Shown piece after piece: positions 42,721 through 56,011 of a stretch of DNA of 64,000 nucleotides (position 1 is the stretch's first letter; every line of letters starts with the position of its first letter). The DNA lies in contig NC_043001.1 in assembly GCF_006345805.1 (NCBI RefSeq), positions 113,770,001 through 113,834,000 of the forward strand. Direction: 5' to 3'. The notes under the pieces were generated by a model, which worked only from the letters and a program-made list of their open reading frames with translations, did not search any database and was not told the DNA's origin. The DNA is from Octopus sinensis. Its lineage: Eukaryota. A program made the translations under genes and the position numbers.

Positions 42721-43002
42721 TCATCATCATCATCATTGTTCGACCGTGGTCGAGACAATGGAATTTACCATGCTACGCCAGACCTCACGGTCCATCATGG
42801 CATTACGGAGGTCCTGTTGCTGGATGCCTGTATCCCTGGAGATTACATCAGGGTAGGAGAGTGTGCGCCCTCTGGTATTGCGAGTAGATGGCTTCCAGAG
42901 GAGAAGAGTAGAAATTACCTCTTTTTCAGCTCTACAACAATGTCCAGCAAACTGGACTCTCCTACCTTTCACAAGAGATGACACAGGTGATAGTTTCCCA
43001 TA
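42721..43002 (-). pseudogene. 5'-truncated RTE/RTE-X LINE 3' end
   Basis: YGKLSPVSSLVKGRRVQFAGHCCR..LLLWKP..RGR..LRNAMMDREVWR is a typical RTE-clade ORF C-terminus; (ATG)n tail follows the stop. Confidence 0.85.
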
Positions 43003-43418
43003 CACACTCACACGCAGCCCTCCCCCCAATATACACAGACTCAAACACTCTCCTACATATATTCTTTTGTACACACTCGTATAAATAGATATGCATGTCT
43101 ATGTATATGTATTTGTATGGTTCTTTTTGCTTTAGTAATTCATGCGCATGCTCGTTACTCTTGTTATGACTTATGAGAGTTTTCCCCATAGAGTGCTTGA
43201 TAGGTAGTGAACCCCGGTTCCCTTAGTATCTTAAGAAACTTCTCTGCGAACTTTCCAAGAGTCTCCATCAAGCAGAAGTTATCTGCTTTTCTTGCGGTGT
43301 CTGGACTATATTTTGTGTTGTTATGCCATCCTAGTTCGTATCATCTTAGTATTTCATTAAACTGACAGAATCAAACGGACTTGTTAATTATTTTAATCTG
43401 AAATTAGGGACATTTTTT

Positions 43419-43647
43419 CTTTCTTTACAACCCAGAAGGGGCTAAACACAGAGGGGACAAACAAGGACAGACAAATGGATTAAGTCGACTACATCGACCC
43501 CAGTGCGTAACTGGTACATATTTAATCGACCCCGAAAGGATGAAAGGCAAAGTCGACCTCGGCGGAATTTGAACTCAGAACGTAACGGCAGACGAAATAC
43601 GGCTACGCATTTCGCCCGACGTGCTAACGTTTCTGCCAGCTCGCCAC
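43419..43647 (-). mobile_element. SINE family B monomer
   Basis: Near-identical to 44597-44831. Confidence 0.9.
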
Positions 43648-44596
43648 TGGTACATTGTCAGTCGACAAACCCTTCCCATTGCCAGTTACCTGATTCACTT
43701 TGAGAACTTCCCCAACTGATATATTAAATCATGATTGTGATATAAATGTCTGGTTCTTCTCTGTTATTCTAATCCATTGTAAGTTCTAATTTCTGCGTTA
43801 CATTTCCGCCCAGTTTGTTTATGTTTTTCTTGTTGTTGGAGATGATGATATTAATTTGTAAATTAATGTTATAATACTATAGTTTTGAACTTGGAGCTGA
43901 ATTTGGAGTCGGTTTTAACATTCAGGCAAAAAAGGAATAGAGAGAGGGGACACTCCTCCTCTAATTATCAAAAAAATGTTTAATCTTAATGTCTCTCTCG
44001 TGCTCCTATCTGAAGAATTCTTTGTCATTTGCTCAGGACATCTTAAACATAACTTCTTATTGATAGTGCCATCCTGCACATAACTTTTGATCTACGTGAG
44101 GGGTAATACAGTTATAAGGTGCCTGGTAGTTTATCCATCTTCCATTCAACTCATTTTACACTCTTCGCTTATTTTAAACTCTTCGTTTATTTTAGACTCT
44201 TCGCTTATTACTTTACTCATTAATAATTGAACATTACAGCTATATAAACCCCTGCAATACACATTGTATTTTCCTGGAAATATTTTGTTTGTCTCTATAT
44301 ATTCTCCGTTATTTCAATTACGATTCCAAATGCAGTAGAAAAGCACGTTTTGGAATTTTTTGGTTTATGGTTTACTGATTTTGTTACTCTTGTGACATAT
44401 GAGAGTCTCCCTTGATAAGTAGTGAACCCCGGTTCCCTTAGTATCTTATGAAACTTCTCTGCGAACTTTCCAAGAGTCTCCATCAAGAAGAAGTTATTTG
44501 CTTTTTTTTGCGGTGTCTTGACTATATTTTGCCTTGTTATGCCATCCTACTATTGTTCAGATGTGTTTGCTATTTTGAGTAATCTCGTCCAATATA

Positions 44597-44831
44597 TATT
44601 TCTTTACTACCCACAAGGGGCTAAATACAGAGGGGACAAACAAGGACAGACAAAGGGATTAAGTCGATTACATCGACTCCATTGCGTAACTGGTACTTAA
44701 TTTATCGACCCCGAAAGGATGAAAGGCAAAGTCGACCTCGGCGGAATTTGAACTCAGAACGTAACGACAGACGAAGTACGGCTACGCATTTCGCCTGGCT
44801 TGCTAACGTTTCTGCCAGCTCGCCGCCTTAA
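44597..44831 (-). mobile_element. SINE family B monomer with 16-bp TSD
   Basis: TSD AATCTCGTCCAATATA at 44581-44596 and 44832-44847. Confidence 0.92.
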
Positions 44832-46156
44832 AATCTCGTCCAATATAATTTCTTTGTATCCAACATTTCTCTTCAGAATTTTTCTTCTTTAGCTTCGGAT
44901 ACTGTTTTGATTCCTATTATATTTCTTACTTAATTTCTAATTAAAATAATTTTGGTTTGGAGTTGAACTGTCAATTTCAGGTGTATCTTTTTCTTACGAC
45001 AGATACTTTTCCGATTTTCGAGAATCTATTGCTTCAACCGTTCTTCGTTATTGGATATTTTTTACTAAATAAATCCATGTGTACACGGTGATCAACGAGA
45101 ATCAAAACGATAACATACATGTTTATTATGACGAGAGGATAATTTCTCCCTCCAGACGAATGTGTGTTCATATTGTACGCGATTCCTTTGAGTAAGGGTT
45201 CTTTGGGAGACTGGTTTCTCGGGCTTGTTGTGTGTCTCCGCAACCAAAGCTATCTGGGGCAAATGAATCTAACAAGCATTAACTAGTGGGATAGTCCACA
45301 AATAGCCAAAAAACATAAGAAATGTTCTAGTGGAGTTTCCAGTGAGAGGATTATAGATAAGTTCTAGAAATTCCGAGTTTGACATAACTATTAAGGAAAT
45401 ATTGCCAGTCTGAAACCTCATCAGACATGAAACTGGTACCAGTCATTTCTGTCAAAGATTTGATACCTGCACAGCAGAGAGATGAAACCGATCCGCACGA
45501 CTCCGAGACCGAACATTAGTGATATATGAAGTAGTTTTACATTTATCTTGTTATACAGCCGTTGCCTTGCGTAGGATGTATCTGACTATCGGCCCAGTCC
45601 AACGAAAAAAAAAAAAGGAAAACACTCCGTTACTTTTATTCGAATAAGAAGTGCTAATATTTCTTTTCTAGTCCAGTATCTATGAAGGACACAGTCGTGT
45701 TGTGGACGAGGCAGAGAGGAATGGAAACAAGCACTACACTCTTTCGGGAGAAACTTGATCAACTTCTCCAAGATTTTGCATGGCGAGCAAGTTGAGGGTG
45801 AAGATAAGTGGGTGGTCCACGCATTAATATGGGTAAGGGTGGTGAATATGACTAATAAGGCAGCTTTGATTTAATATTCGCATTTAGATCGGATAAGGGT
45901 ACCTGGGAAGTGAGTTTTTTCCTTGGCAGAGAGCATAATCAGATAAACGTGGGGTTTAGTGACCCAGGTGATGGTCCTATTCTCGGATCATTAAAGACTT
46001 TCATATTCTGTAAGCATTTCTTGGTTTTCATTCCTGCAATTCATTACAATATAAAGACACATAGTTTTTGTAACACGTCCGTATGATATCACCTGCTCGT
46101 CCACGTTTACGGCAAACAAAAGAAATTATGCGTTATAAATTTTACAGCATTGAATA

Positions 46157-46531
46157 GTGGAGGCGCAATGGCCCAGTGGTTAGGGCAGCGGACTCGCGGT
46201 CGTGGGACCGCGGTTTCGATTCCCAGACCGGGCGTTGTGAGTGTTTATTGAGCGAAAACACCTAAAAGCTCCACGAGGCTCCGACAGGGATGGTGGTGAT
46301 CCCTGCTGTACTCTTTCACCACAACTTACTTCCTGTTTCTGTTGTACTTGTATTTCAAAGGGCCGGCCTTGTCACTCTCTGTGTCACGCTGAATCTCCCC
46401 GAGAACTACGTTATGGGTACACGTGTCTGTGGAGTGCTCAGCCACTTGCACGTTAATTTCACGAGCAGGCTGTTCCGTTGATTCGGATCAACCGGAACCC
46501 TCGTCGTCGTAACCGACGGAGTGCTTCCACC
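46157..46531 (+). mobile_element. SINE family C (tRNA head, tail type 1) with 13-bp TSD
   Basis: A box TGGCCCAGTGG, B box GGTTTCGATTCC; TSD ACAGCATTGAATA at 46144-46156 and 46532-46544. It may correspond to a described octopus tRNA-SINE, which I cannot confirm. Confidence 0.92.
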
Positions 46532-47226
46532 ACAGCATTGAATATTGTGAATCGGGGTATTTGTTCCGATTTTTTGCGCAATATGTTCAAACTACGCTGT
46601 AGTTAACTTTGTATTTCGCATCTGCCGAAACGTTGAATTTAATTAATTATCTGCAATAGTGTCGATCTCCTACTGTTCTCTGTCTTCAAAGTCCTTCTGG
46701 ATATGTAAGATACCATTATTAATTGATTCCTATTTCAAGGTTAGAATTATATTTCCAACATCGAGAAATTAAATACTAATTACGAATTAAAAGTAATTTT
46801 AGTTGTTCATATATTCTTAATTATCTGTGCATTTTCACTAAGGAGAGATGTCATCATCATCATCATCCCTACCTAAAGCATCCTGATTATCCTCATTATA
46901 ATTGTCACTTTTATTATCATCATCAGTCATCATCATCGTCGTCGTCGTCGTCGTCTTCGATACAGACTTCATGAAGATTCAATGTTGAAAATGATGCCGA
47001 AAAGCAATCATCTTGCAGCTGCTGGTGCTGCTCCTCCCCCTCCCCATCATCATCATAATCATCTTCATATTATCACCCCGAACTCGGTAATATAAAATAC
47101 CAGACGCGTACTAGGGTCGATTGTGATGACCAACAATCCATCTAGAACTAGTTGGCTTTGTAACAACATTGAAAACCATTATAGCTGCTGTTGTTCTTGT
47201 TGCTGTTATTATTATTATTAGTATTA

Positions 47227-47266
<40 letters not shown>

Positions 47267-47267
47267 T

Positions 47268-47398
47268 TTTTTTTCTTCTTTCAAATTTGCTTCCATTTCT
47301 TGCCGAGTGTCTTCCCGACTCCTAGGGCAAAGAAACTCATAGTATACATTGGTAGACCATTAAACTAAACTCAATAGTTCATTCATTTTTTTGTTTTG

Positions 47399-47400
<2 letters not shown>
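47268..47400 (-). mobile_element. Possible 3' UTR remnant of a second Dong-like element inside (AAT)n
   Basis: Flanked by (ATT)n on both sides; minus strand CCCTAGG..CACTCGG plus an A-rich end parallels CCCAAGG..CGCTCGG in 48033-48755. Confidence 0.4.
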
Positions 47401-47474
<74 letters not shown>

Positions 47475-47480
47475 TTATTA

Positions 47481-47942
47481 TTGAGTGAGAGAGCAGTGCA
47501 TGCCATCAAAGTGACACTGGGGTAAAATACACGAAGCCCAATATACCCATCATGACTACCCACCTGATAAGGGTATAACCAGGCACATGCATCACACCCA
47601 TATGTGTGCGACATGGTGATCTCATATCAAGATAAACAGCACATGACCTTGCATGTGGGGCCCCGTTAGAATTTTCTTCTGGTCGAGTAACCCATCCCGC
47701 TCAAAAGTTCCCTGAATAAGGATTGTTTAAGGATGTTGAATGAAACACCCGTGTTTCCATAGATGAATTATCCAAATGTCTAAGAATTACTTTCAACACA
47801 CGACTATGATGCTCCCCTACTACTCCTGCTCGTGATCAGAGATGCACATATCGTCAACCACTACAAAACAATGTACATGATAACACTTCCAATCAGTTAA
47901 GATTAGAATCCACGAAAGCCACTGCCTGCACTGCATCAGGGC
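47481..47942 (-). mobile_element. About 460-bp non-coding repeat inserted in (AAT)/(GAT) microsatellite
   Basis: Homologous to 17373-17920; microsatellite on both flanks. Confidence 0.8.
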
Positions 47943-47945
47943 ATT

Positions 47946-48011
<66 letters not shown>

Positions 48012-48032
48012 GATATTATTATTATTATTATT

Positions 48033-48753
48033 CAGTAGTTTTATTTTTATAGCGTGCTTTCACTTCACTACCGAGCGCAGCTCTGTGTGCCTTGGGTATG
48101 TGCTGTGATTTGTTGTGATGCTCTGATGGTTATTGTATGGAAAGTGTTCTGCGTAGGATGTGTGCAGTGCCTAGTAGTGCAATTTTCTGTATGTTATATG
48201 TGTTTGTAAGTCCTGGTGATTTTGTTATGTATTTGTCTGAATGTTTTTTTATCATGCCTAATGCACCTACTATGATAGGAATTGTTTCTGTTTTTAGATT
48301 TCACATTCTGGTTACCTCTATTTCCAGGTCTTTGTATTTTGAGAGTTTCTCCATTTCTTTTAGAGAAAGGTTGTCATCTGCCGGTATTGATACATCAATT
48401 AGAAAGCATTTTTTTCTTCATGATCTCTGACAACTATATCTGGTCTGTTGGCCTTAATTTCTCTATATGTGTGTATCGGCATATCCCAGAGTATGGTTGC
48501 TTTCTTGTTTTCTGTGACCTTTTCTGGTGTGTGCCTATACCATCTTTTTTCTGTTGTTATTCCATAATGTTGGCATAGCTTCCAATGTATGTAGGTTCCA
48601 ACTCTGTCATGTCTGTGAATATATTCCTTCTTAGCCAGGACTGGGCAGCTAGAGATAATATGATTTATTGTTTCTTGTCCATCTCCACATATTCTGCAGT
48701 TACTTGTAATATTTCTTTTCATTACATGTTTTTGGTAATTTCTGGTGGGGAGG

Positions 48754-48755
<2 letters not shown>
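48033..48755 (-). pseudogene. 5'-truncated R4/Dong-clade non-LTR retrotransposon (CCHC knuckle plus restriction-like endonuclease)
   Basis: CRICGDGQETINHIISSC..RHD..ILWD..RPDIV, one frameshift in an A-run near 48410, then CFLIDVSIP..KEMEKLSKY..IPIIVGALG..LLGTAHILRR; stop at 48130; (AAT)n on both flanks. Confidence 0.92.
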
Positions 48756-48843
<88 letters not shown>

Positions 48844-48868
48844 ATTATTATTGTTGTTGTTATTATAA

Positions 48869-48934
<66 letters not shown>

Positions 48935-49052
48935 TGATTATTATGATAATCACTACTACTACTACTACTCATTGTAACTATCATCATCATCACCATCACC
49001 ACCACCATCAATATCGTCGTCGTCATCATCATCATCATAATCATCATCACCA
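48756..49052. repeat. Compound (ATT)/(GTT)/(AGT)/(ACT)/(CAT) microsatellite
   Basis: Read directly. Confidence 0.95.
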
Positions 49053-49841
49053 ATGACAAAAATCAATAGCTTTTTAAATAAACAGTATTTAAAGGAAATC
49101 TCAATATGTATATAAATACATTTTAAAGCTCATCTGAAAATTCAATAGTAAATTTGAACATGCATATTGTAGATCAATATTATTTAGCATTTAAAAATCT
49201 AATTGTAAACAGACTTAAATATGCACAATTTAAACTAGCGACAAGGTTTAATATCAGCTCCATCGCAATTAGTCACGCAACCTGTTGGTAGTAAAACAAG
49301 TGTTATCGATTCTACAGCCACGTGACCAAGAAACTGTAAAAATATGTAGCGAGTAATTTCTGAACTATATTTTATAACTATTTTTCTTTTTCCATGGCAG
49401 CTTTTAATAATTATTTTATTTTACATTGTTATTTAGTTAGTTGTCGAGTTATTTGTTGGGTTTTAACAGGCTAAGATAACATCCATAATGTGTGTTTTGC
49501 CAAGGATATATACACAAGCCCTGAGAAATACAAAAATACACGTACATTCATGCATATGAACACGCATATACATATATATACTCCACCAAAGATGCAGGCA
49601 GAAACAGACACATATACAAATATATAATGAGCAGGGTGAAAGTAAGTTCACAGGCCTATTACAAGCCTATCTTGCATCACGTACACAAAAGGGAAACCAT
49701 CGAGTACTGACGCATACAAATTAAAAGGTTAATTATGTATGCATGTGAGGGAGTGTGTTTGTATGTATGTATGTATGTATGTATGTATGTATGTATGTAT
49801 GTATATATATATATATGTATTTATATATACATATATATATG

Positions 49842-49897
<56 letters not shown>

Positions 49898-49899
49898 TG

Positions 49900-50120
49900 T
49901 CATCTCCCCTACTTCTTAGCTCTCCTGTGTGACCCTTCTGTCCGGCATTCGCAATGATTGATCGGTAGCCACTACATACATATTTTTCTCTCCTTGTTTC
50001 TTTCTGTATTCCTTCCTGTGGAAGAGCGTAGGCTCGAAACGTTAAAGACTTTTTCAATTCCCGAGCGTTATACTAATACACCACTTGGGTTCGTCTTTTG
50101 TTTTCTTCGTGAACTCTGCC
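49900..50120 (+). mobile_element. Repeat fragment between (TA)n tracts with hammerhead-like remnant
   Basis: CTGTGGA-A-GAGC-GTAG-GCTC-GAAAC-GTT; second copy at 34978-35095. Confidence 0.55.
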
Positions 50121-50140
50121 TATATATATATATATATATA

Positions 50141-50360
50141 TTGTTGGCAGTGAGCTTGCAGTATGTTTAGCATGCCGAGAAAATGCGTTGCGGCGTTTCG
50201 TCCGTCTTTAAGTTTTGCGTTGAAATTCTTTCGCTGTTGATTTCTCCTTCCATCGTTTCGGGGTCGATAAAATAATACCAGTCGAGCAATGGGGTTGATG
50301 TAATCGACTTTCCGCCCTCCCCACAAATTTCATGAATTGTGCCCATAGTATAAAGAATTA
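50141..50360 (+). mobile_element. Decayed SINE family B monomer (second-unit-type tail)
   Basis: CCTTCCATCGTTTCGGGGTCGATAAAATAATACCAG..GATGTAATCGACT. Confidence 0.7.
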
Positions 50361-51756
50361 CCTACGCGCACACATACACACACATATATACACGCACACA
50401 CATACATACACACACACATATATACACGCACACACATACATACACACACACATATACGTGCCAGTGTGCATGCAATGATTTTGGTGGTGGTGTACATTTG
50501 TCGATCATTGAATTACGTGCACCCTTCATGAAATTCTTTAGCTGAATCAGCGTGATAGAATCAAATTAGATCTGTACCATTTGAATTGCATGTACAACCC
50601 ATCTGACGAGTTTCTCTACAGTTTCGCTCTAACCATATTCGCTCACAAAATATATGGAGATGAAGTCCGGCCTTCCGGTTTCCAAGCGAACTTCTTAACT
50701 ATTGGTGCATACTGCGCCTATCTATGTATCTATAAATATTCTCCCCTCCTTCTCTTTCTCTCTTTCTCTCTCTCCATATATCCGTCCCCTTATATCCTTC
50801 TCTCCCTCCTCCCTAGCAACCTACATATCTACACACACATATCCTCTATAGTAGACTAATATTAGCATATATAAGCCCCCGACGGAAGAAATTATGCATC
50901 AGTACGTATGGGAATCGAATCTGACTTATATACCCTAATAATAATAAACGGTAAAAGTTTATAATTATATCTACAAAATATTCCCTCCCACTGTTTTTTC
51001 AACCTATAAATTTATCTATCTTTAAACTTATAAGTACTTGTAAAAATATGTATATATTTATATACGTACATATATCTATATACACAGGCACACACAAAGA
51101 TATACATTCACACGTGTGGACGCACACCTACACACATAGTAGTAAACTGCTCCTGATATACCATCTTGTACCGCTTATCCCACCAACTAAGTTTAGGCTG
51201 AACTTCGAAGTATGTCTCACTGTGGTGTCGTTTGAGTATCGTATCTCACTACATCCGTTTTCAATTGCTTAATATTCCTTCGCTATCTCATTCTCTCACA
51301 CCGTCACCACTTGTTTCATCTTTCTTTACTAAATCAATCCGTAAACAACTCTGATTTGTATAATCCTAACGAGAAGTATACTTGGCCAAGGTTCTTAACC
51401 TTATTCGTATAGATTTTTACTGATGTACTCCCTCAAAAATTTCTTGAAATTCTATATTTTAAAACCATTTCGATAAATTAATGACGAGATTGACATAATC
51501 CTAAATACGGAAATTTTTATGCAGAAACCATGGCTGAAATTCTTTTCGCTAAGCACATGCTGTTGAAACATTTTGCAGCTAAGTAAATATACGGTTAATA
51601 TTTAGGCAGTTGTCACTGTGTGAGTGCTTATATCTATATCTATATGCAAACTCACTCACATACACACACACAAACACACACATGCACACACACAGAGAAA
51701 CGCACACACGCAAATATATTAGACGTATATATATGAATATTTATATTTGTAATTAT

Positions 51757-52058
51757 CAAGTGATCACGTGACCGACCAGACCATCAGATGTTGCGACACA
51801 TCGCTGGTCACAATGCGTTCGCATTGTTTTTGCCTTCGAATGACGCCACCCCGCTGGCTAAGCGAGCAGGCCAACAGAAGAAAGAGAGAAAGAGTGGTGA
51901 AAGAGTACAGCAGGGATCACCACCCCCTGCTGGAGCATCGTGGACCTTTTCAGGTGTTTTCGCTCCATAAACACACACAACGCCTGGTCTGGGAATGGAA
52001 ACCGCGATCCTACGACCGCGAGTCCGCTGCCCTAACCACTGGGCCATTGCGCCTCCAC
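51757..52058 (-). mobile_element. SINE family C (tail type 2) with 12-bp TSD
   Basis: TSD ATTTGTAATTAT at 51745-51756 and 52059-52070. Confidence 0.92.
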
Positions 52059-52313
52059 ATTTGTAATTATATGTGTGTATATAGGAGTGTGTATGTGTGT
52101 GTGTGTGTGTGTGTGTTATAAAACTGTTTGTGACCAGGTCTGTTTTGCACTGACGGATTGCGCAAACAAATGAAGATACAAGCAAAACGGATTATATAAT
52201 AAAGTATCACCCCACCAATAAAAGTATCTTATTTTTATATATCCTTACAAACACTCACACACATGCACACCCACACCCACACACAGACGCACGCATGCAT
52301 GCACACACATATT

Positions 52314-52722
52314 CTCTTTTTCTCTTTTACTTGTTTCAGTCATTTGACTGCGGCCATGCTGGAGCTTCACCTTTTAGTCGAGCAAATCGACCCCGGGACT
52401 TATTCTTTGTAAGCCCAGTACTTATTCAATCGGTCTCTTTTGCCGAACCGCTAAGTGACGGGGATGTAAACACACCAGCATCGGTTGTCAAGCAATGCTA
52501 GGGGGACAAGCACAGACACACAAACACACACATACATATATAAAAATATACATATATACGACGGGCTTATTTTCAGTTTCCGTCTACCAAATCCACTCAC
52601 AAGGCATTGGTCGGCCCGGGGCTATAGCAGAAGACACTTGCCCAAGATACCACGCAGTGGGACTGAACCCGGAACCATGTGGTTGGTTAGCAAGCTACTT
52701 ACCACACAGCCACTCCTGCGCC
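52314..52722 (-). mobile_element. SINE family A, full length
   Basis: Starts GGCGCAGGAGTGGCTGTGTGGTAAG on the minus strand; complete body and tail. Confidence 0.92.
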
Positions 52723-53680
52723 ATATATATGTATGTGTTTGCAAATCTGTGTATGTGTCAGAGAAATTAGAATTGTATTACGTAGATTAACCTGGGTATG
52801 AGCTATGATGACGATCATTTTAACAGGTTAAACAAATAGACTTTTCTAGTGCAAAAATCCGATAAACAATTGAAACGAGAGAAGAGTTTAAACCATTGTC
52901 TACAAATCTGTTGTACAATGACAATAAAATTCTCCTTTTGAGCTCTTCATTAAAACGAGTAACTTTATATGTTCAAATGGCTAAAAACTTCTCTCAAGGA
53001 AAGTATATACAAACTTTGAAAGCAAATAGCAAAACAGGTGCGGCAAAATGTGAGAATAAGCTTTTGCTTTCTTATATTTTAAATTTTTATGTTTTTTACT
53101 TGTATAGCAAATATGTAACCGTGTTAAGGCGGCGCTATGTCAGTGAAATTAGAACTGCATGAGTCTGTACAGATTATCATCTCTATAATTTAAGATGTTG
53201 GCCAATTTAAATTTAATAGGTTAAACAAATAGATTTTAAGTGCACAAACCTGAGAAGAATAGAGACAACGTTTGAATACGAATCCATTGTATAAGATCTG
53301 CACACAAAAACACACACAGATGCACACACACAGATATACATACACACATGAACACATGAACACACATACACATATATATACACACATATATATATACATA
53401 TATACATATATATATGTATATATACACACATATATATATATACATATATACATAGACACACACACACATATATATATATACATACACACATGCATATATA
53501 TCTATATATATATAATGATTCAAGGATCGAGGTTAGCGTGAAGCAATCCGTAGCAAATATACTAACCAACCTTCGGGGACAATAGTGATTTATTGAGACG
53601 GAAGGGTGTAGATTCTTTTCATATCGGTACAGCAAATTGAAAAACGTTATATTTATATTTCACGGTAGACGATCACGCAT

Positions 53681-53727
<47 letters not shown>

Positions 53728-53728
53728 G

Positions 53729-54165
53729 GAAAGAATGGAGTTGAACGACGAATTAACAAAATTCCTTTATTTTTTTTTTCGACATATGTTTCGAATGGTC
53801 TCCATTATAGCTATGGGCTCCGTGTGGGCAGGCATCTAAACATTTTTGTGCATCTTGATGCTGACATGAGTTCCTTACTTTTTCCTGATGAGAAGGCGGC
53901 ATAATGCACCCCTTATTCCTTCGAAATTAGGAATATGCAGCCTTCGAAACATATGTCGAAAATAAAATAAAGGAATTTTGTTAATTCGTCGTTCAACTCC
54001 ATTCTTTCGTTTATTTGTATTAAAAAAAACACACAAATTTCCACACGATAGCACGTGATCTCTGCCCTAGACATGTAGCTTCAACCGTGTTTTTCTGACG
54101 TGAATTTGCTACCCAGGTATCGGTTAACCGAATTATCCATAATAAGATAATTCATTCAACTACTC
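53729..54165 (+). mobile_element. Penelope-like terminal repeat fragment with inverted partial duplication
   Basis: 53729-53795 is a near-perfect inverted copy of 53943-54008; contains a hammerhead; (TA)n on both flanks. The Penelope assignment is inferred from this architecture. Confidence 0.65.
53871..53976 (+). ncRNA. Intact type-I hammerhead ribozyme
   Basis: TTTTC-CTGATGA(53885-91)-GAAGGC..GCCTTC-GAAAC-ATAT-GTC(53955-57)-GAAAA; stem I extends as TTCCTT/AAGGAA. Confidence 0.8.
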
Positions 54166-54166
54166 A

Positions 54167-54197
<31 letters not shown>

Positions 54198-54462
54198 AAT
54201 AAATATATATCTATATACACACTCACGTGTGTGTGTGTGTGTGTACACAAACACACAAACAGAAGTTGCGGTCCCGAAAGAAACGCAAAGTAGGCATGAC
54301 TTTTTCATTAACTGACGTAGATCGTACAAATTTCGCGGCGTGTTGTTATAGAAACAATCATTTCTCTTCTTCATTGCTGGCAGATAATGGGTTCCAGCAG
54401 AACCAACGTGGTATCATTATCGCGCAGCAAATATTTATAATGATACCACGTTTGTGTACACA

Positions 54463-54500
<38 letters not shown>

Positions 54501-54519
54501 TTTACAAGACACATGCTAC

Positions 54520-54751
54520 AATATAAGAGCGTTATACATACACATATACATATATACACACATGCATGCATACATACATATACATATGTTTACACACACA
54601 CATACACACACACACACATATATATATATGCATATATATTTATATATGTCAATAAAATATATATATATATGTAATATATGTGTATAAGCAAGTATATATA
54701 TATTTATTAATGTATATATTCATATATATATATATATATATACATGTATAT

Positions 54752-54790
<39 letters not shown>

Positions 54791-54946
54791 AGAATATATA
54801 TATATAAAATATACATTATTCTATATGTATATATATTTATATATATACATATATACATTAATAAATACGTATATACATATATAATATAAGTATAAATACA
54901 TATGTTTATATATATATACGTATATATTAATGTATATATATATACC

Positions 54947-55043
<97 letters not shown>

Positions 55044-55098
55044 TATATATGTATGTATGTATATACATATATATCAACACATATTTCTATATATATAT
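54520..55098. repeat. Long degenerate (CA)/(TA) array
   Basis: Read directly. Confidence 0.95.
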
Positions 55099-55642
55099 GG
55101 ATAAACAGCCATGGCCCGATCTGCCGAAAGACCACAAAAAAGAGGAGAGCTCGCCAAGCTGCTAACGCCGGAAACACAGCCATGGCTCGATCTGCCAAAA
55201 ATCCAGACCAGGACTAGATCGGGATTAGTCGTTACCTACTAGAGGCTCCCGAGCCCCTTTTCGCAAGACTTAAGTTAGGATTGGGTAGGGCTTAGCTATG
55301 GTCCGAACCCAACTTGGGTTCGGGGGGGGGCGTTGTCAAAAGGGCCGGCATGTGCAACCTTATCACCTCTGCCGGTCAAACTCCCAACCCATTCGTTCCC
55401 GTCGCGACACTGATCCCGCAGAACTGGGTTGGGTGTGCTAAACAAAACCAGAAACTGTACTTTGACTGTCACAGATTTTCTTCATGCATGCAAGGGAACG
55501 GTGCCTTGAATGCCTTAATGCCTTTTAGACTTCATTTTACAAAATAACGGTTCAATGACTACAAAAAAGGGTAAAAAGGTAAAGGGCATTGCTTATCGAC
55601 AAAGTTTCTTACATACCCGGGCAACGCCGGGCTATGCTGCTA

Positions 55643-55643
<1 letters not shown>
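55086..55643 (+). mobile_element. Helitron 3' end (5' boundary uncertain) with GC-rich interior
   Basis: CCCGGGC-AAC-GCCGGG-N-CTGCTAG|T at 55616-55643. Confidence 0.6.
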
Positions 55644-55711
<68 letters not shown>

Positions 55712-55951
55712 AGCCTTGTGCGAATATACGTATAAGCGTTTCTGTATGGTTTATGTCCTCATGATCACGAACAAACGTTTTAATTTTAATTCCAGACATA
55801 CAGTAGTAACAGAGGGATCGTATCCCAGTCTGTGCTTGAGGAGCTCAATAGACCTAGGTGGCACACATATTATATGTACAAGTATTGAAAGATGTCTAAG
55901 CATTTAGTACTAGTGTAAAACTTTTGTGATTATCTCCCAAATGATAATCGA

Positions 55952-56011
<60 letters not shown>

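Noticed and set aside
46157-46240. tRNA-like sequence
   Set aside because: It is a SINE head inside a TSD-bounded repeat, with no proper acceptor stem or Pol III terminator.
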